Shown here: one piece after another, positions 1 through 8,636 of the stretch
Position numbering within the stretch: the stretch's first letter is position 1
Layout of the letters: every line of letters begins with the position of its first letter
Source of the DNA: an uncultured Weeksellaceae bacterium
GTDB taxonomy: Bacteria; Bacteroidota; Bacteroidia; Flavobacteriales_D; CAZDUI01
DNA: 64,000 nt
Assembly: GCA_964508605.1 (NCBI GenBank)
Contig: CAZDUI010000006.1
Location: 44,903 to 108,902, forward strand
Reading direction: 5' to 3'
Made by a program: the position numbers and the translations under genes
The notes under the pieces: model-generated
Seen by the model: only the letters and a program-made list of their open reading frames with translations
The model's database searches: none
Told to the model about the DNA's origin: nothing

Positions 1-1229
1 TAGCCTTGGGAAGCATCATAGCCTTGGGAAGTACCATAGTTATATTGTCCACCAAAGGTGAGGTTAATATTAGGCCCGGTGTTCACATCCAGTTTACCGG
101 AGGCAGAAACCTGCTGTCTGCCGGCACCTTGACGCCATGCTACCTTTTCAAAGGCATTGCTTTGTAGAAAGTCTGTATTATAAAAGGCGCCAAAACCTGA
201 ACCTGATGGGCGGAGGGGTCCCAGTGCTTCGGCATTCAATAAAGAATCCCGAACTGATTGCTTAATACGATAATTACCAATCTTTTTATGAACAGGTCTT
301 GAGTCAAGTACATTTTCGTAGTTGGCACTTAAGAAAAAGCCTAAAATGGGACGAGTTTTCTTACCTGTAGAATCTTTCTTCATTAATAAAGGACCTGAGA
401 TACTACCTTCCACAAGGTTGTAGGCAAACTTATCCAGACCATACACTTTTCTATTATAACCTAAGCCACCGCCACCTGTAGAAATACCAGATGTAAGCAC
501 ATCTATACTACCGAAATAATGGCTTGAAGGCCCACGTGTTGTAACCGAAATGATACCACCTGTAGCATCACCATAGTTTGCTGGTAAACCGCCTGTTATT
601 ACCTGAACCTCCTGAATGGCTGCTTTTGGCAAGTTCGAAGAACCACGCACCTTGATACCGTCAATAAAATAATAGGTAGAAGAAGAACGCGAACCACGCA
701 CAGAAATTCCGCCTTGGCTACCGGCATCCTGATATACCCCACCAACAGTGGTTGCGATACTTGTAGCTGAACGACCAGGCATTTTTGCGATGTCATCTCG
801 GGTAACCGTACCGCCACTGGCTCCACCATCTTTATCTATCAGAGGAACCTGATAATCGATAACCTCTACAGTATTCAGTGTATTGGCATCCGATGGGTTC
901 AATGCCAGTTTGTTATCACCATCCAGGAAGGTGATGGTGGCATTCTTTACCACCACGTCGTTTAAAACAAGGTCGTTATAGCCGACAAATTTAACTTTTA
1001 CGCTATACTTACCCGGAGTAAGCGAACTAACGGTAAATATTCCGTCAAAGTCTGTGGTACCACTTGCCTTGACTGTTCCGTTTTGTTCGATCAAAACTCC
1101 GACAAAAGGCAGCGGTTCCCCGTTACTTTTATCGACAACCAAACCTTTAATACTACCGGTACCCTGAGAGTAAACCGTTGTAAATGCGGCTAATATAATA
1201 GCCAATGTGAGCTGTAGCTTACGAATCAT
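1..1229 (-). CDS. TonB-dependent outer-membrane receptor, N-terminal portion (3' end lies beyond the left edge)
   Basis: Absent from the ORF track because it is truncated. My hand translation from the ATG at 1229-1227 stays open to position 1: MIRKLQLTLAIILAAFTTVYSQGTGSIKGLVVDKSNGEPLPFVGV (signal peptide plus carboxypeptidase-regulatory-like fold), then plug-like GGISVRGSRS, IDGIKV and LPANYGDATGGIISVTTRG motifs. Confidence 0.8.
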   Translation of the reverse strand, partial: MIRKLQLTLAIILAAFTTVYSQGTGSIKGLVVDKSNGEPLPFVGVLIEQNGTVKASGTTDFDGIFTVSSLTPGKYSVKVKFVGYNDLVLNDVVVKNATITFLDGDNKLALNPSDANTLNTVEVIDYQVPLIDKDGGASGGTVTRDDIAKMPGRSATSIATTVGGVYQDAGSQGGISVRGSRSSSTYYFIDGIKVRGSSNLPKAAIQEVQVITGGLPANYGDATGGIISVTTRGPSSHYFGSIDVLTSGISTGGGGLGYNRKVYGLDKFAYNLVEGSISGPLLMKKDSTGKKTRPILGFFLSANYENVLDSRPVHKKIGNYRIKQSVRDSLLNAEALGPLRPSGSGFGAFYNTDFLQSNAFEKVAWRQGAGRQQVSASGKLDVNTGPNINLTFGGQYNYGTSQGYDASQG

Positions 1230-1365
1230 GTTATGAAAGCGTTAATAAAACCTTAATGCAACAACACGGTAAATATAGAAACTTTTAAAATGAACAAACA
1301 AACCTTAATTTATTTTAATGAGTGAACGGTGCTACATATTGACTCAAATGTAAAACTTAACCTGC

Positions 1366-1641
1366 TCACTTTCTGCCCTTCTTCCTTTTATCTGAGCCCT
1401 TTTTTAATTTCTTCATTTTTTTTCGTGTAGCCTTGTCCTGAATTTTATGATGGCGTTTAAACACCTGTTTCTCGGCTTTGGCAGCTTCTTTCTCCTTTTT
1501 CTTCTCATTTTTCTGCCTCATTTTTTCTTCTTTGGCCTGAGCACGACTTTGCTCACGTGTTGGTGCCTGAGCCATTAGAGACGATATGCCCACAAACAGG
1601 GTAATCAAAATCAGAAAGTACTTCCACTTCATATTAAACAA
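1366..1641 (-). CDS. small secreted lysine-rich protein, unknown function
   Basis: 91-aa ORF with a signal peptide (WKYFLILITLFVGISSLMAQA) followed by a K/E-rich low-complexity tail. No family recognised. Confidence 0.45.
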   Translation of the reverse strand: MFNMKWKYFLILITLFVGISSLMAQAPTREQSRAQAKEEKMRQKNEKKKEKEAAKAEKQVFKRHHKIQDKATRKKMKKLKKGSDKRKKGRK

Positions 1642-1662
1642 TTTTATACTAAATTAGCAGTT

Positions 1663-2097
1663 ATGTACGGAATGCGCGCATACACTAAGGTAATTTTTTC
1701 AGGAATTCTGTGCATTGCCCTTATGACAGGGTGCCGTAAAAATCAAAATCAAATACCCTATGTACTTGTTGACGTGTACATTAATATTAACAACCCGGGA
1801 TACTACACGCTTCAGGCAGTGGGTGGGTGGGTATATTATCCGGCGGGATCCAAAGGATTGATTATTTACAGAAAAACCGTGGACGAAATGGTAGTTTTCG
1901 ATAGGCACAGTCCATATTTACCCGATAATAATTGTATTACAGAGGTTGACGAGACAACAAACATTACCGTAATTGACCCTTGCTCGGGTTCAGAATTCCT
2001 GCTGGTTGATGGTAGCGTAACCAAAGGTCCCGCCGTGTTTCCGTTACAGCAATATCAAGCTTCTTTTGACGGAACCATGCTGCATATATATAATTAG
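1663..2097 (+). CDS. lipoprotein with degenerate Rieske-like domain
   Basis: Lipobox LMTGC. The core FDRHSPY...DPCSGSEF...DGSVTKGPAVFPLQQY resembles the Rieske CPH...CHGS...GPA..PL..Y layout, but the His ligands are replaced. Confidence 0.55.
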   Translation: MYGMRAYTKVIFSGILCIALMTGCRKNQNQIPYVLVDVYININNPGYYTLQAVGGWVYYPAGSKGLIIYRKTVDEMVVFDRHSPYLPDNNCITEVDETTNITVIDPCSGSEFLLVDGSVTKGPAVFPLQQYQASFDGTMLHIYN

Positions 2098-2116
2098 GTA
2101 AGAACGGCTGCTTTTC

Positions 2117-3817
2117 TTACCCTTTTATTCCCTTCAGTTCGGTCTTAACAAATACTACAAGACTTTTTACGTATTCTGAAGTAAAGTTAAATTCAATACC
2201 TGCCGCTTTGTAAACTTCGGGTATGGTTGCAGTATTCCCCAATGATAAAGCCTTTTCATATAGGTTAAGCGCATCCCTTCCATTCTCCTTGTAGTTTTTC
2301 CAAAGTGCAATGGCGCCTAACTGAGCCATACCGTATTCAATATAATAAAACGGTACTTCAAAAAGATGCAGCTGCCGGTGCCAGCCGGAAGGTTTCAAAT
2401 ATTCAAATCCCGTCCAATCTACTACCCCTGTGCCATATTTCTGGCTCAACTCTACCCACTTCCGGTTTCTTTCATCGATAGTCCACTGCACATTTGTATA
2501 TACATGGTGCTGAAATTCATCTATCTGAGCAATCCATGGCAGAATACTGAGCACTTTCTCCAGCTGGTCCTGCCTTGCCCTTTTCAGTGAGTCTTCATCA
2601 TTATAGAACAGATGCCACGTATCCATGCTAATTAATTCCATACTCATAGATGCAAGTTCAGCCACTTCACTGTGAAGGTTTTTAAATGCAGTAAGCTCAA
2701 GAGAATGATTTAGATACGATTGAATAGCGTGTCCTCCTTCGTGAAACATGGTTATTAAATCGTTCTCGCTACCTGCCGCATTCATAAATATGAAGGGAAT
2801 TCCCGTTTTATACAACGGGTAGTTGTATCCACCCGGCATTTTACCGGGCCTTGAACCTAAATCCAGGTGTCCCATGTCTTTCATGCGCTGCATCAATGCA
2901 CCATACTCCGGTTTGATGGAATGAAATGCACTGATGGTTTTATCAATCAATTCATCCGGAGTTTGAAAGGGTTTTAGTGGTTCTCTTCCATCCGGATCCA
3001 CCGCTGTATCCCAGGGCTTCAAAGAATCGTAACCCAGCTTAGAAAGACGATGTATATCCAGCTCTTTGTTAAAAGGAATGATATGTTCAGCAATAGACTG
3101 ATGAAAATCGAAACAATCTTTGGCTGTATAATCAAAGCGCTCCATGGCCTTGAATTTATAGTCTCTGAAATTTTGAAAACCCGCATTTACAGCCAGGGTA
3201 TGCCTTAAGGCAACCAACTTATGGTACAGCTCATTCAATTGCTCCGTATCCTTTTGTCTGGCATTATTCACCAGGTTCCATACCTTTTCACGTACAGAAC
3301 GGTCAGTTCCTTTTAATAACATTGAGGCCTGTTGCAGGGTAATTGTTTTCCCTTCCCATTCAATGGTCCAGTTTCCTGTGATGGCACCGTATTTTTGAGA
3401 CTCGGTTTGAATTTCCGCTTCCAGAGGAACATTTTCTTCGCGGAATAATTCTACAGAGGTACGCAGCGACCTGAAAAAGATGAAATAACCCGGTTCAGAA
3501 ATTTCAAATTTAGCAGATAACTCCAGAATTTTCTGATTGAGGGCGTTGCTTACCGGTGCGATTTTGGGCTGAATTTCATTCACAAAGTACGTATACCGGT
3601 CTCTCTTTTCGTCGCTTGCTGTATCTGTACTCATTTTAATATACCGCCAGCCTGCATCTTCCTCAATGGCAGCCTCAAGCTCCGAAATATTGCGCAGAAA
3701 TTCGGCAAAAGACATCCTGTTGTCAATTTGCCGATTCAGCAATTCCTGAAAAATGGGTTCAATATCCTGCCAGGCACTGAGAATGAATTCCTCAGGCAAA
3801 AACCTTTTTTGTGTCAT
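2117..3817 (-). CDS. pepF: M3 family oligoendopeptidase F
   Basis: 566-aa ORF with the HEGGH zinc-binding motif. Length and sequence are typical of PepF/M3B peptidases. Confidence 0.9.
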   Translation of the reverse strand: MTQKRFLPEEFILSAWQDIEPIFQELLNRQIDNRMSFAEFLRNISELEAAIEEDAGWRYIKMSTDTASDEKRDRYTYFVNEIQPKIAPVSNALNQKILELSAKFEISEPGYFIFFRSLRTSVELFREENVPLEAEIQTESQKYGAITGNWTIEWEGKTITLQQASMLLKGTDRSVREKVWNLVNNARQKDTEQLNELYHKLVALRHTLAVNAGFQNFRDYKFKAMERFDYTAKDCFDFHQSIAEHIIPFNKELDIHRLSKLGYDSLKPWDTAVDPDGREPLKPFQTPDELIDKTISAFHSIKPEYGALMQRMKDMGHLDLGSRPGKMPGGYNYPLYKTGIPFIFMNAAGSENDLITMFHEGGHAIQSYLNHSLELTAFKNLHSEVAELASMSMELISMDTWHLFYNDEDSLKRARQDQLEKVLSILPWIAQIDEFQHHVYTNVQWTIDERNRKWVELSQKYGTGVVDWTGFEYLKPSGWHRQLHLFEVPFYYIEYGMAQLGAIALWKNYKENGRDALNLYEKALSLGNTATIPEVYKAAGIEFNFTSEYVKSLVVFVKTELKGIKG

Positions 3818-3831
3818 AATAATTATTGATT

Positions 3832-4461
3832 TTACCCTGCTTTTCGGGGTGTAGTGGTTGGTTTTGCTCCTCCTGCCCTGGGTTTTGATGCAGGTTTAGA
3901 CCCGGTAGGTTTTGAAGCACCGCTTGGTTTAGAACCTGCTTTTGGTGATTTACCCTCAGTAGCCGGTTTCTTAACTTTTGCAGTTTTCTCAACAACCGGC
4001 GCTTCTTCCGGAGTTTCCTTTCCGGCTACAGCACCAGATGCTTTAGCTTCATCAGATGCCTGGGCAGCTTTTTCCATACGCTCTTTTAGCTCGCCACTGG
4101 AATGAAGCAAATTATACCATTGAAACAGTTTTTGAATGTCACTGTTGTACATCCGTTCTTTATCGTAATCAGGAAATCTTTCCTCAAGGTAAACCTTTAA
4201 TTGTTCAACCGGCTCTCTATGACTGGGTGCCTCCTTGCCTTCTTGTTTTTCATAAAAGGAAACAAGCACTTTACTAAGAGGTACATCTTCTCCGGTAGTG
4301 TATACCGTTATATCCTCCAGGCTGCTTATTTTATTAGACGAATGCGCCGGCATTCTTTTGCCGTCCATTAACGATTGAACAATGATGGCATTTTTGCCCT
4401 GTCCGAGCACTTTGTACAATCCGGGTTTTCCAGATATTGCTATGATTCCGGTAAGATCCAT
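3832..4461 (-). CDS. DUF5606-like protein with K/P/A-rich basic tail
   Basis: The N-terminus MDLTGIIAISGKPGLYKVLGQGKNAIIVQSLMDGKRMPA matches my memory of the Bacteroidota DUF5606 family. The C-terminal ~70 aa are low-complexity and histone-H1-like (AKVKKPATEGKSPKAGSKP). Confidence 0.7.
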   Translation of the reverse strand: MDLTGIIAISGKPGLYKVLGQGKNAIIVQSLMDGKRMPAHSSNKISSLEDITVYTTGEDVPLSKVLVSFYEKQEGKEAPSHREPVEQLKVYLEERFPDYDKERMYNSDIQKLFQWYNLLHSSGELKERMEKAAQASDEAKASGAVAGKETPEEAPVVEKTAKVKKPATEGKSPKAGSKPSGASKPTGSKPASKPRAGGAKPTTTPRKAG

Positions 4462-4659
4462 TCAAATTAGGTTTAGCGCAAAATTAGAAATATTATGTTA
4501 CCAAGAAACATTTTTATAGATATCTACCAGACAACGCAGGTGAAAAATTTGGTTATTATAAAAACAATCATTCATTGGGTTTATTTACAGTACTTCCAGT
4601 AATTTAATTACCGGGTAAAGACCGGTATTAAGAACTTTTTAAGGGTATTCCTAAAATAC

Positions 4660-7251
4660 CTATTGAACCACCAGCTGCATAACCTGAACTCCTTTTTTGG
4701 AAATTGCACGAAGGATATAGGTTCCAGAAGCGAAATGTGTTTCCAGTTCAAAGTCAGAACTGCGGTAATCGCTCCATACTTTTCTGCCTGAAAAATCTGA
4801 GAGTTCAAAAAGCGCCGGACTATCAATACCCGATATATGAAACAGCCCGTTGGCAGGATTTGGATATACCGAAATAGCTTTCTCAGTAACTTCATGAATA
4901 TCCTCACAAATGTACCACAATGTATCAGAAACTCCTGTGCATCCGTTTGCGTATTCTATTTCGGCTGTGTACATCCCAAAACACTGGTCAATCTCCCAAT
5001 AATTTGAAGTGCCTGAATACACCCATACCGGAATTCCGGAATCAACATCGTACAAAGTATAGTGCTGCGCAGTTTCCGGAAAAATTTCAAGCACTGCAGA
5101 ATAAATACCACTCAATGAATCAGGACTCACTGTTACCATACCGTACGGAGCAAAAAAATCGTGAACTACCACCGTGTCGGAGTAACCCCGGCAGCCAAAA
5201 CTGTTTTCGGCAATATACCAAATAGTATCCTGCTGGGTTAATTGAATAAATGCTGCAGTATCGGTTTCGTTCCAAATTACTGAGGGATAGGTCTGGTCTG
5301 GCACCATGTTAACAGAACCGGGCTGGCAGATTACAGTATCTCCGGAAACCAAAGGATAGAAATTACTCTGTACCAACGCCCTGAATATATCTATTTTACC
5401 ATACCCAAAAGTATCGTTGGGAATAATACCCGTATAAGAATCTTGCCGTGCAGTAGAAGTAATCAGCTGCTTGAATTCTTCGGGTGTTCCCAGCGGACAT
5501 TTTTGCAAATACAACGCCGCCGCACCTGCTACTACCGGCGATGCCATACTTGTTCCACCGTTGCGCACGTGCATGCCGCCGGGTGCAAGTACATGGGGTG
5601 CCGTAGTTTGATAATTTGCCAGCAATCCCATAGATCCGGCTGAAAAAGTCACATCGCCTGTTGCGGCAATATCGGGTTTTGTACGCATATCGCGGGTAGG
5701 ACCGTAACTGCTGTTTTTTGAAATCTTACCCTGCACACCGGGTAATACCTGCAAATTGTTATTGTAATCGGTATAACTTAGGTACCCGTTCATGTTTCCT
5801 ACGGTTATAACATTAGGTGAGCAGGCCCATGACGAAACAATGATCTTTCGGTCGTCCGGTGCGCGATAGTTGATAATCTGAGGGAAATCGACCGGTGCAG
5901 GCACAACGGTATCCATAAAATTAAGGCCCAGCCATGCTGCCGACCACAGGTCGAAGGTACCTGTACCTGTTGTCATCAGGGCAAAGCGGTAATCTGTGCT
6001 GCTGCTGTCGGGTTCCGGAATGTAAATTTGATACAGCCTTTGTGCTCCTCTCTCTTCACTGTAAAACTGAACAGTGGCCAGGGTATCTCCGGCGGTATTG
6101 AAAATGGTGTCGTATTGCATTATCTGGTCACAGTCAGCCGGTGCGTAAAAAGCAGTTTTGCCCCTTCGTTTAAAGGATGGATTTACCATATCGGCAGCGA
6201 TTGAAAACTGTACCTGGCGCAAATCGGCTGTATCGGCCCATATTTCCATGAACAACCCCGGACCCAGCGCCATAGACGAGTTATACTGAAACCATGTAAA
6301 GGCAGTATCTGCTGTTACTGTATAGTTCAGGTGGTAGCGTCCGGCACTGCCACTGTTACCTGCAGCACACACCATAATTCTGCCGTGTTTGGCAGCAAGC
6401 AAACTATCAATATATAAAGCTGCCGGATCTTTGCCGTCGTGAGAACCCAGATAATCGCCCAGACTGGCATTTATAACCACCGGACGCTGCAGAGAATCGG
6501 CCACACTAACAATATAATCCACGGCATCGGCTACACTTTGCAACCAATTGGTATTGTTAAAATCGCTGCTTACAATAATCAGGTCGGTGGCCGGTGCTAC
6601 GCCACGGTGGTACCCATTTTCTAAGGCGTTGCCTGCTGCTGTGCCGGTTACTGTACAACCGTGATCTAAATACTGCCCCGTAATCAAAGCAGTACCTGAA
6701 TTTATATCTGTACTGTCCCAAACCTGGCCATAGCCGTATTTTGGAGGTGTGCGGCCCGGGTCAAAAGCTTCAAACTGATTCCACATTCTTAATACACGTG
6801 TACTACCGTCTGCATTTTTAAAATCACCGTGATTAAAATCAATGCCACCATCAATAATACCCATCAAAACATTGCTGCCATCCAAGGGAATGTTCAGAGG
6901 TGCATAACCATAAAAAGCACTGTCCACATTATTGATTTGCCGGTTGGTATCGTTTAATACTACCGGTTTACTCAGTTGATAATCTATTCGATTTACACCG
7001 CTACAGGCAGCAAGCGCTTCCACTTGTTTTGCTGCAACGCGAATGCACAGGTATTTTCCGGCGCGGTACTGAATGGTGCCCCCAAAATCCAATATATGCT
7101 TCTCTGCCTCTGTGTTACAAAGCACATACAGTCCCAGAGTCTGGTCTGGCGAATTCTTTATTAATTGCCGTAAAGGAATATTTATGCCACACTGTGCCGC
7201 AACACCTGCATACGTTACAGCCATCAACAAAAACAGAATTGCGCGACTCAT
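4660..7251 (-). CDS. S8 subtilisin-family serine peptidase with T9SS C-terminal sorting domain
   Basis: Catalytic triad motifs IIDGGID (Asp), HGCTVTG (His) and GGTSMASP (Ser). The C-terminus VYPNPANGLFHISG...GTYILRAISKKG is a typical T9SS CTD. Start moved to MSRAILFLL (ATG at 7251), which gives a signal peptide. Confidence 0.9.
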   Translation of the reverse strand: MSRAILFLLMAVTYAGVAAQCGINIPLRQLIKNSPDQTLGLYVLCNTEAEKHILDFGGTIQYRAGKYLCIRVAAKQVEALAACSGVNRIDYQLSKPVVLNDTNRQINNVDSAFYGYAPLNIPLDGSNVLMGIIDGGIDFNHGDFKNADGSTRVLRMWNQFEAFDPGRTPPKYGYGQVWDSTDINSGTALITGQYLDHGCTVTGTAAGNALENGYHRGVAPATDLIIVSSDFNNTNWLQSVADAVDYIVSVADSLQRPVVINASLGDYLGSHDGKDPAALYIDSLLAAKHGRIMVCAAGNSGSAGRYHLNYTVTADTAFTWFQYNSSMALGPGLFMEIWADTADLRQVQFSIAADMVNPSFKRRGKTAFYAPADCDQIMQYDTIFNTAGDTLATVQFYSEERGAQRLYQIYIPEPDSSSTDYRFALMTTGTGTFDLWSAAWLGLNFMDTVVPAPVDFPQIINYRAPDDRKIIVSSWACSPNVITVGNMNGYLSYTDYNNNLQVLPGVQGKISKNSSYGPTRDMRTKPDIAATGDVTFSAGSMGLLANYQTTAPHVLAPGGMHVRNGGTSMASPVVAGAAALYLQKCPLGTPEEFKQLITSTARQDSYTGIIPNDTFGYGKIDIFRALVQSNFYPLVSGDTVICQPGSVNMVPDQTYPSVIWNETDTAAFIQLTQQDTIWYIAENSFGCRGYSDTVVVHDFFAPYGMVTVSPDSLSGIYSAVLEIFPETAQHYTLYDVDSGIPVWVYSGTSNYWEIDQCFGMYTAEIEYANGCTGVSDTLWYICEDIHEVTEKAISVYPNPANGLFHISGIDSPALFELSDFSGRKVWSDYRSSDFELETHFASGTYILRAISKKGVQVMQLVVQ

Positions 7252-7344
7252 ACCACAAATATACAAAAGGCTTTGGTTTTATAGGACTTCTTGAGATAGA
7301 GGTCACAATTTTAACACAAATCCTTACTCTCTCACCACCTCATT

Positions 7345-8127
7345 TTACTCTACCAACTTTCTTTTACGCCATGCGCTCGGTTTCCAACGGAAGGCCAAAG
7401 AATAAGTCATTTCGAAATACAACTCGGAAAAAAAAAGATTTTTAATTGAAACTGTGTTATTCGTTATCACATAATAATCTTTCACTACAGACATACCAAA
7501 TAAAAAGGATAATTCATGGAAAATAAGACTTTCCTTTTTAGGAAAATATATAAGTCTTATTCCTGTAAAAGCACGGTGCCAATCTCTCTTCAATACGCGT
7601 ATTGTCGGATTTGCTAAATATTTAATAGTTTCGGGAAAACCATAAACACGATACAGTCTTCTTTCGGCAGAATAACCCAGCGGAAGACCAATTGACCAAT
7701 TCCCATTTTTAAAAAGAGTCCGTGAACCATTTGTGCCCACGTACCATGAGACAGCCCTTAAAGTTTCTCCAAAAGGCAGTTCATATTCACTTATGTCAAC
7801 AGTATTTATAGATGTAAATGTAGATAATGGCCTGATAAAAGGTTCGCCGTAAGTTATTCCCAATTGCACTTCAGCCATCCATTTATTAAATCCCACGCCA
7901 GTATTTACGACGGATTGAGCAAAAAAAGGCCTCAACGGAGGAAAACTAACATAAAAAAACCTATTGGTATCGCCAGAATTAATATTAAAGCTCCGCCCGT
8001 TAACGGAATCACTAACAATGGTACTATGAAAAACCCATTTACATCTCAGGGGTTTCATTTCAATTGCATGACCCGTAAAAAGTATTTCAAAAAAAATAAT
8101 TGTAATTATAATTCTCCTTTTTGTCAT
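7345..8127 (-). CDS. hypothetical protein, possibly an outer-membrane beta-barrel
   Basis: 260-aa ORF in a very AT-rich segment (13/60 GC in the line starting at 7501). Hydrophobic N-terminus and alternating beta-like pattern. No family recognised. Confidence 0.5.
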   Translation of the reverse strand: MTKRRIIITIIFFEILFTGHAIEMKPLRCKWVFHSTIVSDSVNGRSFNINSGDTNRFFYVSFPPLRPFFAQSVVNTGVGFNKWMAEVQLGITYGEPFIRPLSTFTSINTVDISEYELPFGETLRAVSWYVGTNGSRTLFKNGNWSIGLPLGYSAERRLYRVYGFPETIKYLANPTIRVLKRDWHRAFTGIRLIYFPKKESLIFHELSFLFGMSVVKDYYVITNNTVSIKNLFFSELYFEMTYSLAFRWKPSAWRKRKLVE

Positions 8128-8167
8128 CGTAAAATCTGAAAATCAATCTATAATTTCATTTCTAGCA

Positions 8168-8635
8168 TTAAGGCACTCGGGTAAAAAATGAACCAAAACC
8201 ATTTACTGCACAATGGCTACAGTCGGGGTTAGCTACTGCAAGAAACGGAAACCCGTAAATGATGATGGTATCGTTGTCCATATTAAAATAATCTTTAATT
8301 ACCCACTTCAAATGTCGGTCAACAATAACGTGATACTGATAATGACTATTGTGAATTTCTATTTTATCAATCCTGAATTGCGCCCTTTCACTTAATTTTC
8401 CGTCAGAATAAAATTTTAATTTACCCGATTTTTCAAATTCCAATTCAATAACCTCATCGTTAATCTCACCCAATGGTGAAGAATAAATTTCTTCATTCAG
8501 ATACAAATCCATATAACTGGTTTTTCCAATTAAAAATTTCCACCGACCTACCAGTATATGCGCATCATCCCCGAATCGGTCTTTTTGGCAACCGTATAAA
8601 CAAAGACAACACAAAATAATCACAATATAACGCAT
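8168..8635 (-). CDS. small lipoprotein, unknown function
   Basis: 155-aa ORF with signal peptide and lipobox (CLCLYGC). It starts 1 nt after the upstream gene's stop. Confidence 0.55.
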   Translation of the reverse strand: MRYIVIILCCLCLYGCQKDRFGDDAHILVGRWKFLIGKTSYMDLYLNEEIYSSPLGEINDEVIELEFEKSGKLKFYSDGKLSERAQFRIDKIEIHNSHYQYHVIVDRHLKWVIKDYFNMDNDTIIIYGFPFLAVANPDCSHCAVNGFGSFFTRVP

Positions 8636-8636
8636 A

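Noticed and set aside
599-829. The track lists a 76-aa minus-strand ORF at 599-829.
   Set aside because: It is out of frame within the TonB-dependent receptor coding region, whose own frame is open across it.
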